The position numbers and the translations under genes were made by a program. From an uncultured delta proteobacterium (GTDB taxonomy: Bacteria > Myxococcota > Myxococcia > Myxococcales > Myxococcaceae): a stretch of 64,000 nucleotides of DNA. Shown one piece after another: positions 42,747 through 52,933 of this stretch (position 1 is the first letter of the stretch; each line of letters begins with the position of its first letter). The notes under the pieces are model-generated. The model ran no database searches and was not told where the DNA came from. It saw only the letters and a list, made by a program, of their open reading frames with translations. The DNA is taken from positions 448,001 to 512,000 of the forward strand of contig CAVQKE010000007.1 in assembly GCA_963713045.1 (NCBI GenBank), written 5' to 3'.

Positions 42747-45700
42747 CTACACTTCCTGGAAAAGCTCCTCGATGTCGGCCTGGGAGAGGGCGCGCAGTCC
42801 GGCCTGGGTGCCTTCGAGGATGCCGGTGGCCAACTCGCGCTTGCGCCGCTGCAGCTGAAGAATTTTCTCCTCCACCGTGCCTTGGGTAATGAGTTTGTAG
42901 CTGATGACGGCGCGCGTCTGTCCAATCCGGTGGGTGCGGTCGGTGGCTTGGTCCTCGACAGCCGGGTTCCACCACGGGTCGAAGTGCAGGACGTAGTCGG
43001 CTGCGGTGAGGTTGAGGCCTGTCCCACCGGCCTTCAGACTGATGAAGAAGAGGGGCGGGCCGTCCGGCGCGTTGAAGGCGTCGACCCGCGCCATGCGGTC
43101 TCGGGTGCGTCCGTCCAGCGCCTGGTAGGTGAGGCCTCGGGCATCCGCTTCAGCCTTCAGAAGGTCCAGCATCTCCGTGAATTGGCTGAAGACGAGCGCC
43201 CGGTGGCCCTCGGCCACCAAGTCGTCCACCAGCCCGAAGAAGCGCTCCAGCTTGGCCGAGGGTGGAAGCTGCGTTCCGGGGGGTAGCTTGAGGAGCCGCG
43301 GGTCACAACACACCTGACGCAGCCGCATGAGGGCGGCCAGAATGGAGATACGCGCTCGGGCGAAACCCACCTTGTCGATGCTCTCGTGGACTTTGCTTCG
43401 GCTCTGCTCCAGCACCTCCCGGTAGAGGGCCGCCTGTCCGGCGTCCATCTCGCACCAGGCCACCACCTCCGTCTTGGGAGGCAAGTCCTTGGCTACCTCC
43501 GTCTTCAGCCGGCGGAGGATGAAGGGGTGGATGCGGCGCCGCAGCCGCTCGCGTACGCCAGCGTCCGCGCCTATGGCAATGGGCTGTTCATAGCGCTCCG
43601 AGAAGTCCTCCTCGCTGCCGAGGAAGCCAGGCATCAGGAAGTCAAAAATGCTCCACAACTCCCCCAGCCGATTTTCCAAGGGCGTCCCGGTGAGGGCCAG
43701 CCGGTGCTCGCTGGGGAGCGCCTTGCAGGCCTGAGCGGTGGCGCTTCCGGCGTTTTTAATATTTTGCGCCTCGTCCAGCACCACGTACTTCCAACGGGTT
43801 TTGGACAGCTCCTCCAAGTCCCGGCGGACGAGGGCGTAGGAGGTGAGAACAATGTCGACGGCAGCAAACGACTCGCCACGCTCCCGCCTGTCCTGCCCGT
43901 GCCAAAGTGCGACGCTGAGGTCGGGGGTGAAGCGCTCGGCCTCCCGCTTCCAATTGGCAAGCACGCTGGTGGGGGCCACCACCAGCGTCGGAGCTCCCTT
44001 CTCCTCGTTGTGCACCTTGAGAAGGAGGGCCAGGGCCTGCAGCGTTTTTCCGAGGCCCATGTCGTCCGCGAGAATTCCGGAGAGCCGGTGGCGGTGGAGA
44101 AACCACAGCCAGGCGAGCCCCGCTTCCTGGTAGTGCCGCAGCGTCGCCTGGAGCCCATTCGGCGGGGGCACCGGTGCAGCCTGGTCCACCAGCCGCAGCT
44201 CGGCCATTGCCGTGCGCGCGCGGGCCTCAATGTCTGCGGCGTCCCCGAGGCTAGCCAACGCGTCCAGCGCCATGGCTTGGTACAGCGGCACCCGGGTGGT
44301 GGCTTTGCCCGGGCTGGCTCCGGCCTCCTCCAACAACTCCGTTGCCCGCTGCAGCTCTTCTTTGTCCGCCTCGGCGAAGCTTCCGTCCTGAAGCGCCACG
44401 TACCGGCGGCCCGAGGCCAGCCACAACCGGACGGCGCCCAAATCCACCGACTGCCCCTCCGCCTCGAAGCGGGCGTCCAACTCAAACCAGTGCACCCCGT
44501 CCATCCGGACGCGGACCCGGGGGCGCAGCCCGTTGCGCACCTTCACCTCCGGCAGCTTGGCCGCAAAGCGCTCCCAAGCCGCGGGGAGGCCCTTCAGTCC
44601 CTGGGCCCAGAAGGTGACGGCGGTGTCGCCCTGTCCGACGTATGCTTCGCCGTCCCAGCGCAGCCCCTGCCCGGACAACAGCTTCAACGCCGCCCGCTCG
44701 GCGGCCTCATCCCGCCGGTAGAGGCGCCGCTGGCTGCCGTTGCCGCCAATGGCGTAACCCAACGTGCCGGCGGCCGGCGTCACCGGCACCGTGGTGCCCC
44801 CGTAGCGGGCGCCCAGGAGGGCACGTACCCGCTCGGCATTCCCCTCCAGCGTGAGGAGGAAGTGCGGAGGCGTGGACTCGTCCACCTCCAGCCCGTCCGC
44901 CCGCAGGGCCAAGTCGAGGCGTGGTAGGTGGGCGGCAAAAAACGTGAGGGCCCGGTCCAGCTGGCCATGCGGCAGGGACATGGAGGGTTCCAGCAGCCAC
45001 TTGCGCCAGAGGCGAGCCGGGAGGTTTGGGCGCACCGGGTACAGCGTCTGCCCTGAAAGCAGAAAGCTCGTCCGCTTGCCCACCAGAAACACCGAGTCGC
45101 GAATGGCTACCGGCTCGCCTTCAGGCAGGCGAAACTCGAGCGAGGCCTTGGCCCCACCGTCGGTGGACTCAAGGTGGACTTGGGGCGCCGCGGGGGCGTC
45201 GGACAGCACCAGCGGCGTCCCTCGGTACACCACCCGGGCGGAGCCCAGCACCTCCAGCAAGTCCGCGAGCTCCTCGTCTGAGAGGAAAAACTTCCCGTCG
45301 TAGCGGCTGTCGTGCCGGGCAAGTTCATGCAGGGCGCGCTCGTCCACGGGCCCAAGCCGTGCCCCCTGGCCAAGCAGCCGCTTCACTTGAATGGGGCCGG
45401 CTGTCTGCGCTTCCCGGCGACGCACGTCCACCAGCCAGGCCCGCGTCCCGCTGCGGGCATGGGCCGGCATCACCCGGTAGACAAACGCGTGGTCCGGCAG
45501 CGAGGAGAGGCCAAGCCAACTCTCCAGCTTGGCCACCGCCGGAAGCGGCACCACCTCCGCGCCCGGGGCCTGCTTGGCTTCCGGCGGGCGCTGAAGCACC
45601 TCCGGGGCAGAGGCGCGCTCGACAGCCAGCTGAGCCAGTGCCACCGCCACCACGTGCTTGCAGTGTGGGCCATAGCGGTCCCACGCCTGACAGGTGCAGC

Positions 45701-45932
45701 TGGACACCAGTGGCCGCGCGGCCGTGTCCAGCGTCGCCCGGTAGGTTTGCCCTTCGGAGCCGGCGATGGAGCCGGAAAGGACGCTGCCCGCCCGGGCTAC
45801 GTCGGAGACGCGGCCCAGGCCGGCGTAGTCGCGCCCCTTCTTGAAGCTGGTGGGGTGGACTTCGTCCCTGAGGAGAGAGACCCAGCTTCCCTCCTCGGGC
45901 GCAGCGACGGTCTGGAGTTCCGGAGGACTCAA
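42747..45932 (-). CDS. SWIM zinc finger + SNF2-family helicase
   Basis: CTC...HCKH SWIM motif; LRHYQ, LADDMGLGKT, LDEAQ, LTGTPLEN, FSQF, SLKAGG.GLNL, DPWWNP, QATDR.HRIGQ; TTG start with GGGAGG RBS. Confidence 0.93.
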   Translation of the reverse strand: MSPPELQTVAAPEEGSWVSLLRDEVHPTSFKKGRDYAGLGRVSDVARAGSVLSGSIAGSEGQTYRATLDTAARPLVSSCTCQAWDRYGPHCKHVVAVALAQLAVERASAPEVLQRPPEAKQAPGAEVVPLPAVAKLESWLGLSSLPDHAFVYRVMPAHARSGTRAWLVDVRRREAQTAGPIQVKRLLGQGARLGPVDERALHELARHDSRYDGKFFLSDEELADLLEVLGSARVVYRGTPLVLSDAPAAPQVHLESTDGGAKASLEFRLPEGEPVAIRDSVFLVGKRTSFLLSGQTLYPVRPNLPARLWRKWLLEPSMSLPHGQLDRALTFFAAHLPRLDLALRADGLEVDESTPPHFLLTLEGNAERVRALLGARYGGTTVPVTPAAGTLGYAIGGNGSQRRLYRRDEAAERAALKLLSGQGLRWDGEAYVGQGDTAVTFWAQGLKGLPAAWERFAAKLPEVKVRNGLRPRVRVRMDGVHWFELDARFEAEGQSVDLGAVRLWLASGRRYVALQDGSFAEADKEELQRATELLEEAGASPGKATTRVPLYQAMALDALASLGDAADIEARARTAMAELRLVDQAAPVPPPNGLQATLRHYQEAGLAWLWFLHRHRLSGILADDMGLGKTLQALALLLKVHNEEKGAPTLVVAPTSVLANWKREAERFTPDLSVALWHGQDRRERGESFAAVDIVLTSYALVRRDLEELSKTRWKYVVLDEAQNIKNAGSATAQACKALPSEHRLALTGTPLENRLGELWSIFDFLMPGFLGSEEDFSERYEQPIAIGADAGVRERLRRRIHPFILRRLKTEVAKDLPPKTEVVAWCEMDAGQAALYREVLEQSRSKVHESIDKVGFARARISILAALMRLRQVCCDPRLLKLPPGTQLPPSAKLERFFGLVDDLVAEGHRALVFSQFTEMLDLLKAEADARGLTYQALDGRTRDRMARVDAFNAPDGPPLFFISLKAGGTGLNLTAADYVLHFDPWWNPAVEDQATDRTHRIGQTRAVISYKLITQGTVEEKILQLQRRKRELATGILEGTQAGLRALSQADIEELFQEV

Positions 45933-46042
45933 GGCAAGTCCTCCCAAGTAACACGGGAGGCCGTCTCTGCGCTGGCCCGCGTTGAAACGTTTCATTCTCG
46001 TTGGCGCGCCGTCCTCGAGGCGGGCATACGAGAGGGTTGTCC

Positions 46043-46978
46043 ATGGCCGGGCCCGAGCTAGCCATTGCTGTCGACGGCCTGGTGAAGCGCTTCGAGGACG
46101 TGGCCGCCGTGGATGGCGTGTCCTTCTCCGTCCGTGCCGGCACCTGCCTCGGCCTGTTGGGCCCCAACGGCGCGGGCAAGACGACAACGGTGGAGATTCT
46201 CGAGGGGCTGCAGCAGCCCACCGCCGGTACGGTGCGGGTACTTGGGCAAACGTGGGACCAGCAGCCGGAGCGCCTCAAGGCTCGCATCGGCATTTGCCTT
46301 CAGGAGACTCGCTTCTACGAGAAGATGACGGTGCGTGAGACGGTGACGCTGTTCCGCAGCTTCTACCCAGCCGGCCTGTCGGAGGAGGAGGCCATCCACC
46401 TGGTGGCCCTGGAAGAGAAGCGGGACGGGCGCGTCGGCAAATTGTCCGGGGGCCAGCGCCAGCGGCTGGCGCTGGCGGTGGCGCTGGTGGGCGACCCAGA
46501 GGTCCTCTTCCTGGACGAGCCCACCACCGGGCTGGACCCAGCCAGCCGCCGCGGGCTGTGGGATGTGATTGAAGCCCTCAAAGCGCGCGGCCGCACCGTC
46601 GTCCTCACCACCCACTACATGGAAGAGGCCCAACGGCTGTGTGAGGAAGTCGTCATTGTCGACCACGGCAAGGTGGTGGCCCAAGGGACGCCCCAGGCGT
46701 TGGTGGCGGCCCACGGCGGGACGCAGGTGATTGAGTTTTGCTCCGAGCCTGCGCCGTCCCTCGACGCCTGCCGCGCGTTGCCCGGCTGCTCGGACGTCCA
46801 GGCGCGCAAAGGCACCGTGCGGCTGGCCGTGCGCGGACTGCCTGAGGCTCTGCCGGCGCTGTTGCGCGCCGTCGAGGGCGCCCGAGGCACGCTGCTGCAG
46901 CTGTCCACCCACGTCCCGACACTGGACGACGTCTTCCTCAACTTGACGGGCCGAAGCCTGCGCGACGAGGACTCCTAA
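46043..46978 (+). CDS. ABC-2 type exporter ATP-binding protein
   Basis: GPNGAGKTT, LSGGQRQR, LDEPTTGLD, TTHYMEEA. Confidence 0.93.
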   Translation: MAGPELAIAVDGLVKRFEDVAAVDGVSFSVRAGTCLGLLGPNGAGKTTTVEILEGLQQPTAGTVRVLGQTWDQQPERLKARIGICLQETRFYEKMTVRETVTLFRSFYPAGLSEEEAIHLVALEEKRDGRVGKLSGGQRQRLALAVALVGDPEVLFLDEPTTGLDPASRRGLWDVIEALKARGRTVVLTTHYMEEAQRLCEEVVIVDHGKVVAQGTPQALVAAHGGTQVIEFCSEPAPSLDACRALPGCSDVQARKGTVRLAVRGLPEALPALLRAVEGARGTLLQLSTHVPTLDDVFLNLTGRSLRDEDS

Positions 46979-46989
46979 AGGCGCCTTCC

Positions 46990-48021
46990 ATGTCCAGGCA
47001 CCCCCTCTGGCAGCTCTTCCTCATGCGGTTACGGGCGCTGTGGCGCGAGCCCTCGGCCCTGTTTTGGATTTTCGGCTTCCCCATCCTCATCTCCATCGCC
47101 CTCGGCCTGGCCTTCCGTCACCAGTCCCTCTCTCGCCTCACCGTGGCCGTGGCAGACGGGCCCGGGAGCGAGCGCCTTCTTGCGGCGTTGTCCGCCACCC
47201 CGGGCCTTAACCCGGAGACGCTGGGGGAGAGCGCGGCACGCCGCGCGCTGGCCACCGGCAAAGTCGCCCTGGTGGTGATGCCGGGAGAGCCACCGCGCCT
47301 GCTGGTGGACCCGGGCGTTCCCGAAGGGCGCACCGCCCGGCTGCTCGTCCTGGACACCCTTCAACGCCAAGCCGGCCGCACCGACGTCCTCCAAATTCCG
47401 GAGGAGCACGTCACTGTCCCCGGGGGCCGCTACATCGACTTCCTCATCCCCGGCCTCCTCGGGTTCGGCCTCATGTCCTCCTCGGTGTGGGGCTTGGGTT
47501 GGGGCCTGGTCAACATGCGCACCGGCAAGCTGCTCAAGCGTCTGGTCGCGACGCCCATGCGCAAGGCCGACTTGCTGGCGTCCTTCATTTTGAGCCGCCT
47601 CCTCCTGGCCGTCCTGGAGACGGGCTTCTTCCTCGCCTTCGCCCGCCTCCTGTTTGACGTCCGCGTGGCCGGCAACCTGCTCTCTTTCGTGCTGGTGGCG
47701 GCCTGTGGGGCCCTCTGCTTTGGCGGCATCGGCCTCCTCGTCGCCTCCCGCGCGCAAAACACCGAGACGGCCGGCGGCCTGATGAACTTGGTGACGCTGC
47801 CCATGACGGTGCTGTCCGGCGTCTTTTTCTCGGCCAGCCACTTCCCCGGGTGGATGCAGCCTGTGGTGAGGGCTCTCCCCCTCACCGCCGTCATCGACGG
47901 CCTCCGGGCGATTTCCGTCGAAGGGGCGCCGCTGTGGGCTCAAGCCGGCCGGCTGCTGGTGCTGGCGGCGTGGGGTGCCCTCGCCTTCACCCTGGCCTTG
48001 CGCCTCTTCCGCTGGGCGTGA
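46990..48021 (+). CDS. ABC-2 type exporter permease
   Basis: LFWIFGFP, YIDFLIPG, LKRLVATP, LSGVFF, LPLT. Confidence 0.9.
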   Translation: MSRHPLWQLFLMRLRALWREPSALFWIFGFPILISIALGLAFRHQSLSRLTVAVADGPGSERLLAALSATPGLNPETLGESAARRALATGKVALVVMPGEPPRLLVDPGVPEGRTARLLVLDTLQRQAGRTDVLQIPEEHVTVPGGRYIDFLIPGLLGFGLMSSSVWGLGWGLVNMRTGKLLKRLVATPMRKADLLASFILSRLLLAVLETGFFLAFARLLFDVRVAGNLLSFVLVAACGALCFGGIGLLVASRAQNTETAGGLMNLVTLPMTVLSGVFFSASHFPGWMQPVVRALPLTAVIDGLRAISVEGAPLWAQAGRLLVLAAWGALAFTLALRLFRWA

Positions 48022-48043
48022 GGCCCCTTGGCCAGGGGAAAGG

Positions 48044-48889
48044 CTAGCGGGCGCCCCAGTGCAGCTTCTCCCGCAGCACCCCGAAGTAGTCCAACCGGGG
48101 ATTACTCACCAGCAGCACGCGGTTGGGGGAGCGGCGCACCTCGAGGGTGTCTCCGGCCTGCAGCGCATGGCCCGCTTGGCCGTCAAAAGTGACGTAGATG
48201 TCCGCTGCTTCCGGGCCCAGGTGGATGGACACCACTTGGTCGCCCGGCACCACCAGCGGCCGCTGGGTGAGGGCATGGGGGCAAATGGGGACAATCAGGG
48301 CGCAGTCCAGGCCCGGGTGGACAATGGGCCCTCCGGCGGCCAGGGCGTAGGCCGTGGACCCAGTGGGTGTGGCCACAATGAGGCCGTCGGACTTGAAGGT
48401 GGCGATGAGTTTTCCATCAATGCGCGCCTCGTGGTCCGCAATGCGCGACAGCGCGCCTCGGTTGATGACGACGTCATTGAGGACTTCGTCCTCCGCCACC
48501 GACACCCCCTGCCGGAGGACGCGGCAGGCCAGCTTCATGCGCTGCTGCACGGTGCCCCGGCCGGCCAGCACTTCGTCCAGGACGTCCAACCCCTCGGCCG
48601 CGGGCACCTCCGTCATGAAGCCCAAGCTGCCGAGGTTGATGCCGAGGATGGGCACCGGCCGCCCCTCCAACAGCCGCGCGGCACGGATGAGGGTGCCGTC
48701 CCCCCCCAGCACCACCACCAGCTCGGCCCGGGCGGCCACCTCCTCCAAGGAGTGCACCGGCCAGCCAAGCTCCTGGGCGAAGTCCGGGTCCGCCAACAGG
48801 GTTAAGTCCCTGCGGTGCTGGCGCAGACGGCCGGCCAGGAGGGCCGCGTCGGCGCTGCCTTTTTTGGCCACCACCGCGAGCGTCTTCAC
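48044..48889 (-). CDS. nadK: NAD(+)/NADH kinase
   Basis: LGGDGT, GINLGSLGF, LNDVV, DGLIVATPTGSTAY..AAGGP, KLHWG. Confidence 0.96.
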   Translation of the reverse strand: MKTLAVVAKKGSADAALLAGRLRQHRRDLTLLADPDFAQELGWPVHSLEEVAARAELVVVLGGDGTLIRAARLLEGRPVPILGINLGSLGFMTEVPAAEGLDVLDEVLAGRGTVQQRMKLACRVLRQGVSVAEDEVLNDVVINRGALSRIADHEARIDGKLIATFKSDGLIVATPTGSTAYALAAGGPIVHPGLDCALIVPICPHALTQRPLVVPGDQVVSIHLGPEAADIYVTFDGQAGHALQAGDTLEVRRSPNRVLLVSNPRLDYFGVLREKLHWGAR

Positions 48890-48928
48890 CTTGCCCCGAG
48901 GCTACTACTACAAGGCTTCCTCTAGCTG

Positions 48929-50245
48929 ATGGACCTCTTCTCCCAAGCGGCAGACAAGGAAACCGCCGCCAACGCCCCACTCGCCGAGCGCCTCCGCCCG
49001 GAGGCGCTGGAGGACTTCGTCGGCCAGGAGCACCTCACCGGTGAGGGAAAGCTGCTGCGGAAGGCCCTGGCGGCCGGAAAGCTTCCCAGTCTCATTTTTT
49101 GGGGCCCTCCGGGCACCGGGAAAACCACCCTGGCGCGCCTCTTGGCCAAGGGCAGCGGCGCCTTCTTCATGGGCATGTCCGCCGTCTCCGCCGGGGTGAA
49201 GGACGTCCGGGAGGTGGTCGCGGCCGCCGAGGAGCGCCGGCGGCTTCATGGACAGGGCACCGTGCTGTTTCTCGATGAAATCCATCGCTTCAACCGCGCC
49301 CAGCAGGACGCCCTCCTCCCCCACGTGGAGAAGGGGACGCTGACATTGCTTGGGGCCACCACCGAAAACCCCAGCTTCGAGGTGAATTCGGCCCTCCTCT
49401 CCCGCACCCGGGTGGTGACGCTGCGGCCCTTGGAGGAAGAGGAGCTGCTCGGCCTCTTGCGGCGGGCGCTTGCCTCCCCCCTCGGGCTGGGCGGCAACGT
49501 CCAGGCGGACGAAGGCGCCTTACGGGCCATGGCGCGCTCGGCCGGCGGGGACGCGCGCCGCGCCCTCACCACCCTGGAAGTGGCCGCCGCCGGCGGGGGC
49601 CTCATCGACGAAGCACGGGTGGCGGAGGCCCTGCAGCGCCGGACACTCCTCTACGACAGGGCCGGGGATGAGCACTACAACGTCATCTCGGCCTTCATTA
49701 AGTCCTTGCGAGGCTCGGACCCGGACGCGGCCCTCTACTGGATGGCCCGTATGCTGGAGGCCGGCGAAGAGCCGCGCTTCATTGTCCGGCGCATGGTGAT
49801 TTTTGCTTCCGAGGACATTGGGAACGCCGACCCCCAGGCGTTGCAGGTGGCAGTGGCGGCACTGCAGGCCTTCGAGTTGGTAGGCCTCCCCGAGGGCACC
49901 CTCCCCCTCACCCAGGCGGCCACCTATTTGGCGCTGGCGCCCAAGTCCAACGCCGTTATCGCCGCCTACGGACGAGCGCGCGAGGCTGTCCTTGAGTCGG
50001 GCTCCCTGCCCGTCCCCTTGCACCTGCGCAACGCCCCCACGGCCCTGATGAAGTCCTTGGGCTACGGGGGCGGTTACCAATACCCGCATGACTTTGAGGG
50101 CCACTTTGTGGCTGAGGAGTACCTTCCCGACGCGTTGCGCGGCGCCAGCTTCTATCGCCCAAGCACCGAAGGCCGAGAAAAGGAATTGTCAGCGCGTCTC
50201 CAGGCCCTCCGGGAAGCCCGGGACAAAGGTACCCAGGGAGAGTAA
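48929..50245 (+). CDS. rarA: Replication-associated recombination protein A (MgsA/RarA)
   Basis: [70 protein letters not shown]. Confidence 0.96.
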   Translation: MDLFSQAADKETAANAPLAERLRPEALEDFVGQEHLTGEGKLLRKALAAGKLPSLIFWGPPGTGKTTLARLLAKGSGAFFMGMSAVSAGVKDVREVVAAAEERRRLHGQGTVLFLDEIHRFNRAQQDALLPHVEKGTLTLLGATTENPSFEVNSALLSRTRVVTLRPLEEEELLGLLRRALASPLGLGGNVQADEGALRAMARSAGGDARRALTTLEVAAAGGGLIDEARVAEALQRRTLLYDRAGDEHYNVISAFIKSLRGSDPDAALYWMARMLEAGEEPRFIVRRMVIFASEDIGNADPQALQVAVAALQAFELVGLPEGTLPLTQAATYLALAPKSNAVIAAYGRAREAVLESGSLPVPLHLRNAPTALMKSLGYGGGYQYPHDFEGHFVAEEYLPDALRGASFYRPSTEGREKELSARLQALREARDKGTQGE

Positions 50246-50418
50246 GCGCGTGGGGGGGGGCTGTGGACGCCCGCACCCAACGCGCGAGGGAGGCAAAGCC
50301 GTCGCCGTCATCGGCAGAGGCACCAACGCGGGGCATCGCTCGAACACCACACACTTGACACCAAGAGGCAACGGACCCAAATGGACTCTCCGTCTAGGGT
50401 CTTGGGGAGACTAGGCAC

Positions 50419-51240
50419 GTGAGGCCCGTCAAAGTCGCCGCCCTCTCGCTGGCTGCAGCTGTTGTGTCCGTTGGCTGTGGCCCCGCTGCGGTGGCTCCGA
50501 CAATCAACTCCTTCATGGCCAGCGAACCCACCCTGCCGGCGACGGGAGGCAGTGTCACGCTCTCCTGGGACGTGACGGCGGCATCCGAGCTGAGCATCGA
50601 CAATGCTCTTGGAACTGCTCGTCCGGTCACAAAGGGCAGCCTGTCGGTCAACGTCACCGCGACGACGACGTTCACGCTGACGGCGACCAACGCCGCCGGG
50701 AGGAAGACCGCGGCCGTCACGGTCATCGTGCTCGACTACGCCGCTGCTTACGTCGGCACCTGGAAAGGAAACGCCAAAGCCCCCGCGGCGCCGATGTATT
50801 CCTACACGCTTATTCTCAATAACGTGCCCTATACCATCGATAATTGGGCAGAGCTTGTGTCAGCCAGCTGGACTGGTGCGCCTTGCGACCCGCCAGTTGC
50901 CGATACCGCGACGACCATGACGGTCACTGAAGTCTCAACCAACGTCATTTAAATTGTAGGAATGCTGAATCAAACGCTGCCGGTCGCGAGCGTCACGGCC
51001 GCTGGAGCAGCACTCCCCGGTTTCGCGGGTGAGGTCAAAATCTGGAATCTCTTCGCCCCTTCGAATCCAGGCGGCTGCGATGGCAATGGGTGGGCCGTTT
51101 TTGGAGCCACTTTCAGCCCATCCGTGGTGAGTATTTCCAGCACCGGCGAGCTTGAATTGAACATCAGCGGAAATTTTACGGACTATGACAACCAAGGCAA
51201 TTACACGCTGAGCTATACCTTTGCCGGGACAAAGTCCTAA
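50419..51240 (+). pseudogene. Lipoprotein with Ig/PKD-like N-domain, interrupted by an in-frame TAA (50950-50952)
   Basis: VSVGC lipobox; PTINSF...VTLSWDV...FTLTATNAAG; ORFs 50419-50952 and 50962-51240 are in the same frame and read continuously NVI*IVGMLNQ. Confidence 0.65.
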
Positions 51241-51482
51241 CAGCCAGCGACGTTGGGCCCGTCATTCATTGCAGGGCAGCAAAGGTTGGGTTTGGAAACT
51301 TAGAGGCAAAGTCCATTGCAACAGGCTTTGCCCCACAACCCCGTTGCCAGCGCCGTCGGATGACCGGTCGGCCTTCCTCAGCCGCAACCGGCCCCAACCG
51401 CCCCCCCCCCGCGCAAGTCGGCGCACCTGCGCGCGGGAATTGGCGCACACAGAGCAGACGGGTTTTGGCGAAAGCGAAGCCC

Positions 51483-52928
51483 CTAGGCCGTCATTGGCTC
51501 GGCTTTGTTGGGCTGGCCCTGGCCGCCAAGTGGGTTTCTGCCGACTTCGTACTGCTTCAATAGCCGGCGGAAGTTGCTTCGGTCGACGCCCGCGGCGCGC
51601 GCGGCGGAGGAGACGTTGTTGCCGCTTCTTTCTAGAAGTGCTGACAGGTAGCGCCTTTCAAAGGCGCGCATCGCCAGCCGCTTGGCTTCCGCGTAGGGGA
51701 GGTGGGCCAGGCTGAGCACCTCAATGTCCCCGCCGCCTCCGGGCGCGTCCCTCAGCCCCTGCGGCAAGTCCTCCACCTCCACCACCTCGCGCGAGGTGAG
51801 GACCACCGCGCGCTCAATGACGTTTTCCAACTCCCGGACGTTGCCCATCCACCGGTGACACACCAGTGCCTCCATGGCGCCGGGTGTAATGGACGTCACC
51901 TTCTTCCCCATTTTCGCCTGGTACATGCGGAGAAAATGCTGGGCCAAGAGGGGCACGTCTTCCGGCCTGTCTCGCAAGGGCGGCAGCGTCACCGTAATGA
52001 CGTTGAGGCGGTAGAAGAGGTCCTCGCGGAATTTCCCCTGCTCCTTGGCCTTGGCCAAGTCGATGTTGGAGGCGGCAATGACGCGCACGTCCACTTTGGT
52101 GGTCTCGTTGGCGCCCACCCGCTTCACCTCGCCTTCCTGCAGCACCCGCAGCAGCCGCACCTGGGTCGCTGGAGGGACGTCGCCAATTTCATCGAGGAAG
52201 ATGGTGCCGCCGTCGGCGGCCTCAAACAGGCCCTTCTTGTTGGCGGTGGCGCCTGTGAAGCTGCCCTTCACGTGCCCGAAGAGTTCGGACTCGAGCAGCG
52301 TGTCGGTGAGGGCCGAGCAGTTGACGGCGATGAAGGGCTTGTCCTTGCGGGGGCTGCGGTAGTGGATGGCGCGGGCCACCAACTCCTTGCCGGTGCCACT
52401 CTCTCCCTGAATCAAAACCGTCGCCGAGGAGTAGCTCACCGTCTCTACCAGCTTGAAGACGGCCCGCATTTGGTTGGACTGGCCGATGAGGTCCTCGAAT
52501 TGCCCCTTGGCGGTGAGTTGCTCCTCCAGCACCCGGGTCCTGTCCTTGAGGGCCTTGCGCTCGGCCGCCTTGGCCACGGTGAGGCTCACTTCGTCGATGT
52601 TGGCGAAGGGCTTGGTGAGGTAGTCGTAGGCGCCGGCTTTCACCGCTTCGACGGCCGTCTCCACCGTGGCGAAGGCAGTCATCATCACGACTTCCACCTC
52701 CGGCCGGGCCTGCTTAATGGCCTTGAGGAGGTCCATCCCGGAGAGGTGCGGCATCCGGATGTCGAGGATGGCGACGTCAATGGACGGGTCTCTGGCAGCC
52801 GCCAGGCCCTCCACCGCGTCATCAATGGCCACCACATGGTAGCCCTCTCGCTGGAGGATTTCGGTGACGGCACGCAGGACGACTTTGTCGTCGTCTACGA
52901 CCAGGACTTTGGCAGCTCGCTTATTCAT
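51483..52928 (-). CDS. hsfA: Sigma54-dependent NtrC-family response regulator (HsfA-like by recalled synteny)
   Basis: REC (VVDDD, ILDIRMP, TKP), GESGTGKE, ESELFGHVKGSFTGA, FLDEIG, FREDLFYRL, GNVRELEN, C-terminal HTH; family certain, symbol tentative. Confidence 0.75.
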   Translation of the reverse strand: MNKRAAKVLVVDDDKVVLRAVTEILQREGYHVVAIDDAVEGLAAARDPSIDVAILDIRMPHLSGMDLLKAIKQARPEVEVVMMTAFATVETAVEAVKAGAYDYLTKPFANIDEVSLTVAKAAERKALKDRTRVLEEQLTAKGQFEDLIGQSNQMRAVFKLVETVSYSSATVLIQGESGTGKELVARAIHYRSPRKDKPFIAVNCSALTDTLLESELFGHVKGSFTGATANKKGLFEAADGGTIFLDEIGDVPPATQVRLLRVLQEGEVKRVGANETTKVDVRVIAASNIDLAKAKEQGKFREDLFYRLNVITVTLPPLRDRPEDVPLLAQHFLRMYQAKMGKKVTSITPGAMEALVCHRWMGNVRELENVIERAVVLTSREVVEVEDLPQGLRDAPGGGGDIEVLSLAHLPYAEAKRLAMRAFERRYLSALLERSGNNVSSAARAAGVDRSNFRRLLKQYEVGRNPLGGQGQPNKAEPMTA

Positions 52929-52933
52929 GTTCT

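Noticed and set aside
42747..45932. SNF2 helicase as part of an anti-phage system (e.g. DISARM or Zorya)
   Set aside because: SWIM-SNF2 architecture in a housekeeping context, with no methylase, nuclease or partner defence genes nearby.
50950..50952. Alternative genetic code or stop-codon reassignment
   Set aside because: TAA, TAG and TGA all terminate well-defined genes elsewhere in the window; this is a single isolated case.
51241..51482. Identification of this region as the Pxr sRNA itself
   Set aside because: No recognisable Pxr-like three-stem structure with a terminal U-tract is present on the expected strand, and synteny points to hsfAB rather than pxrKR. Kept only as an analogy.
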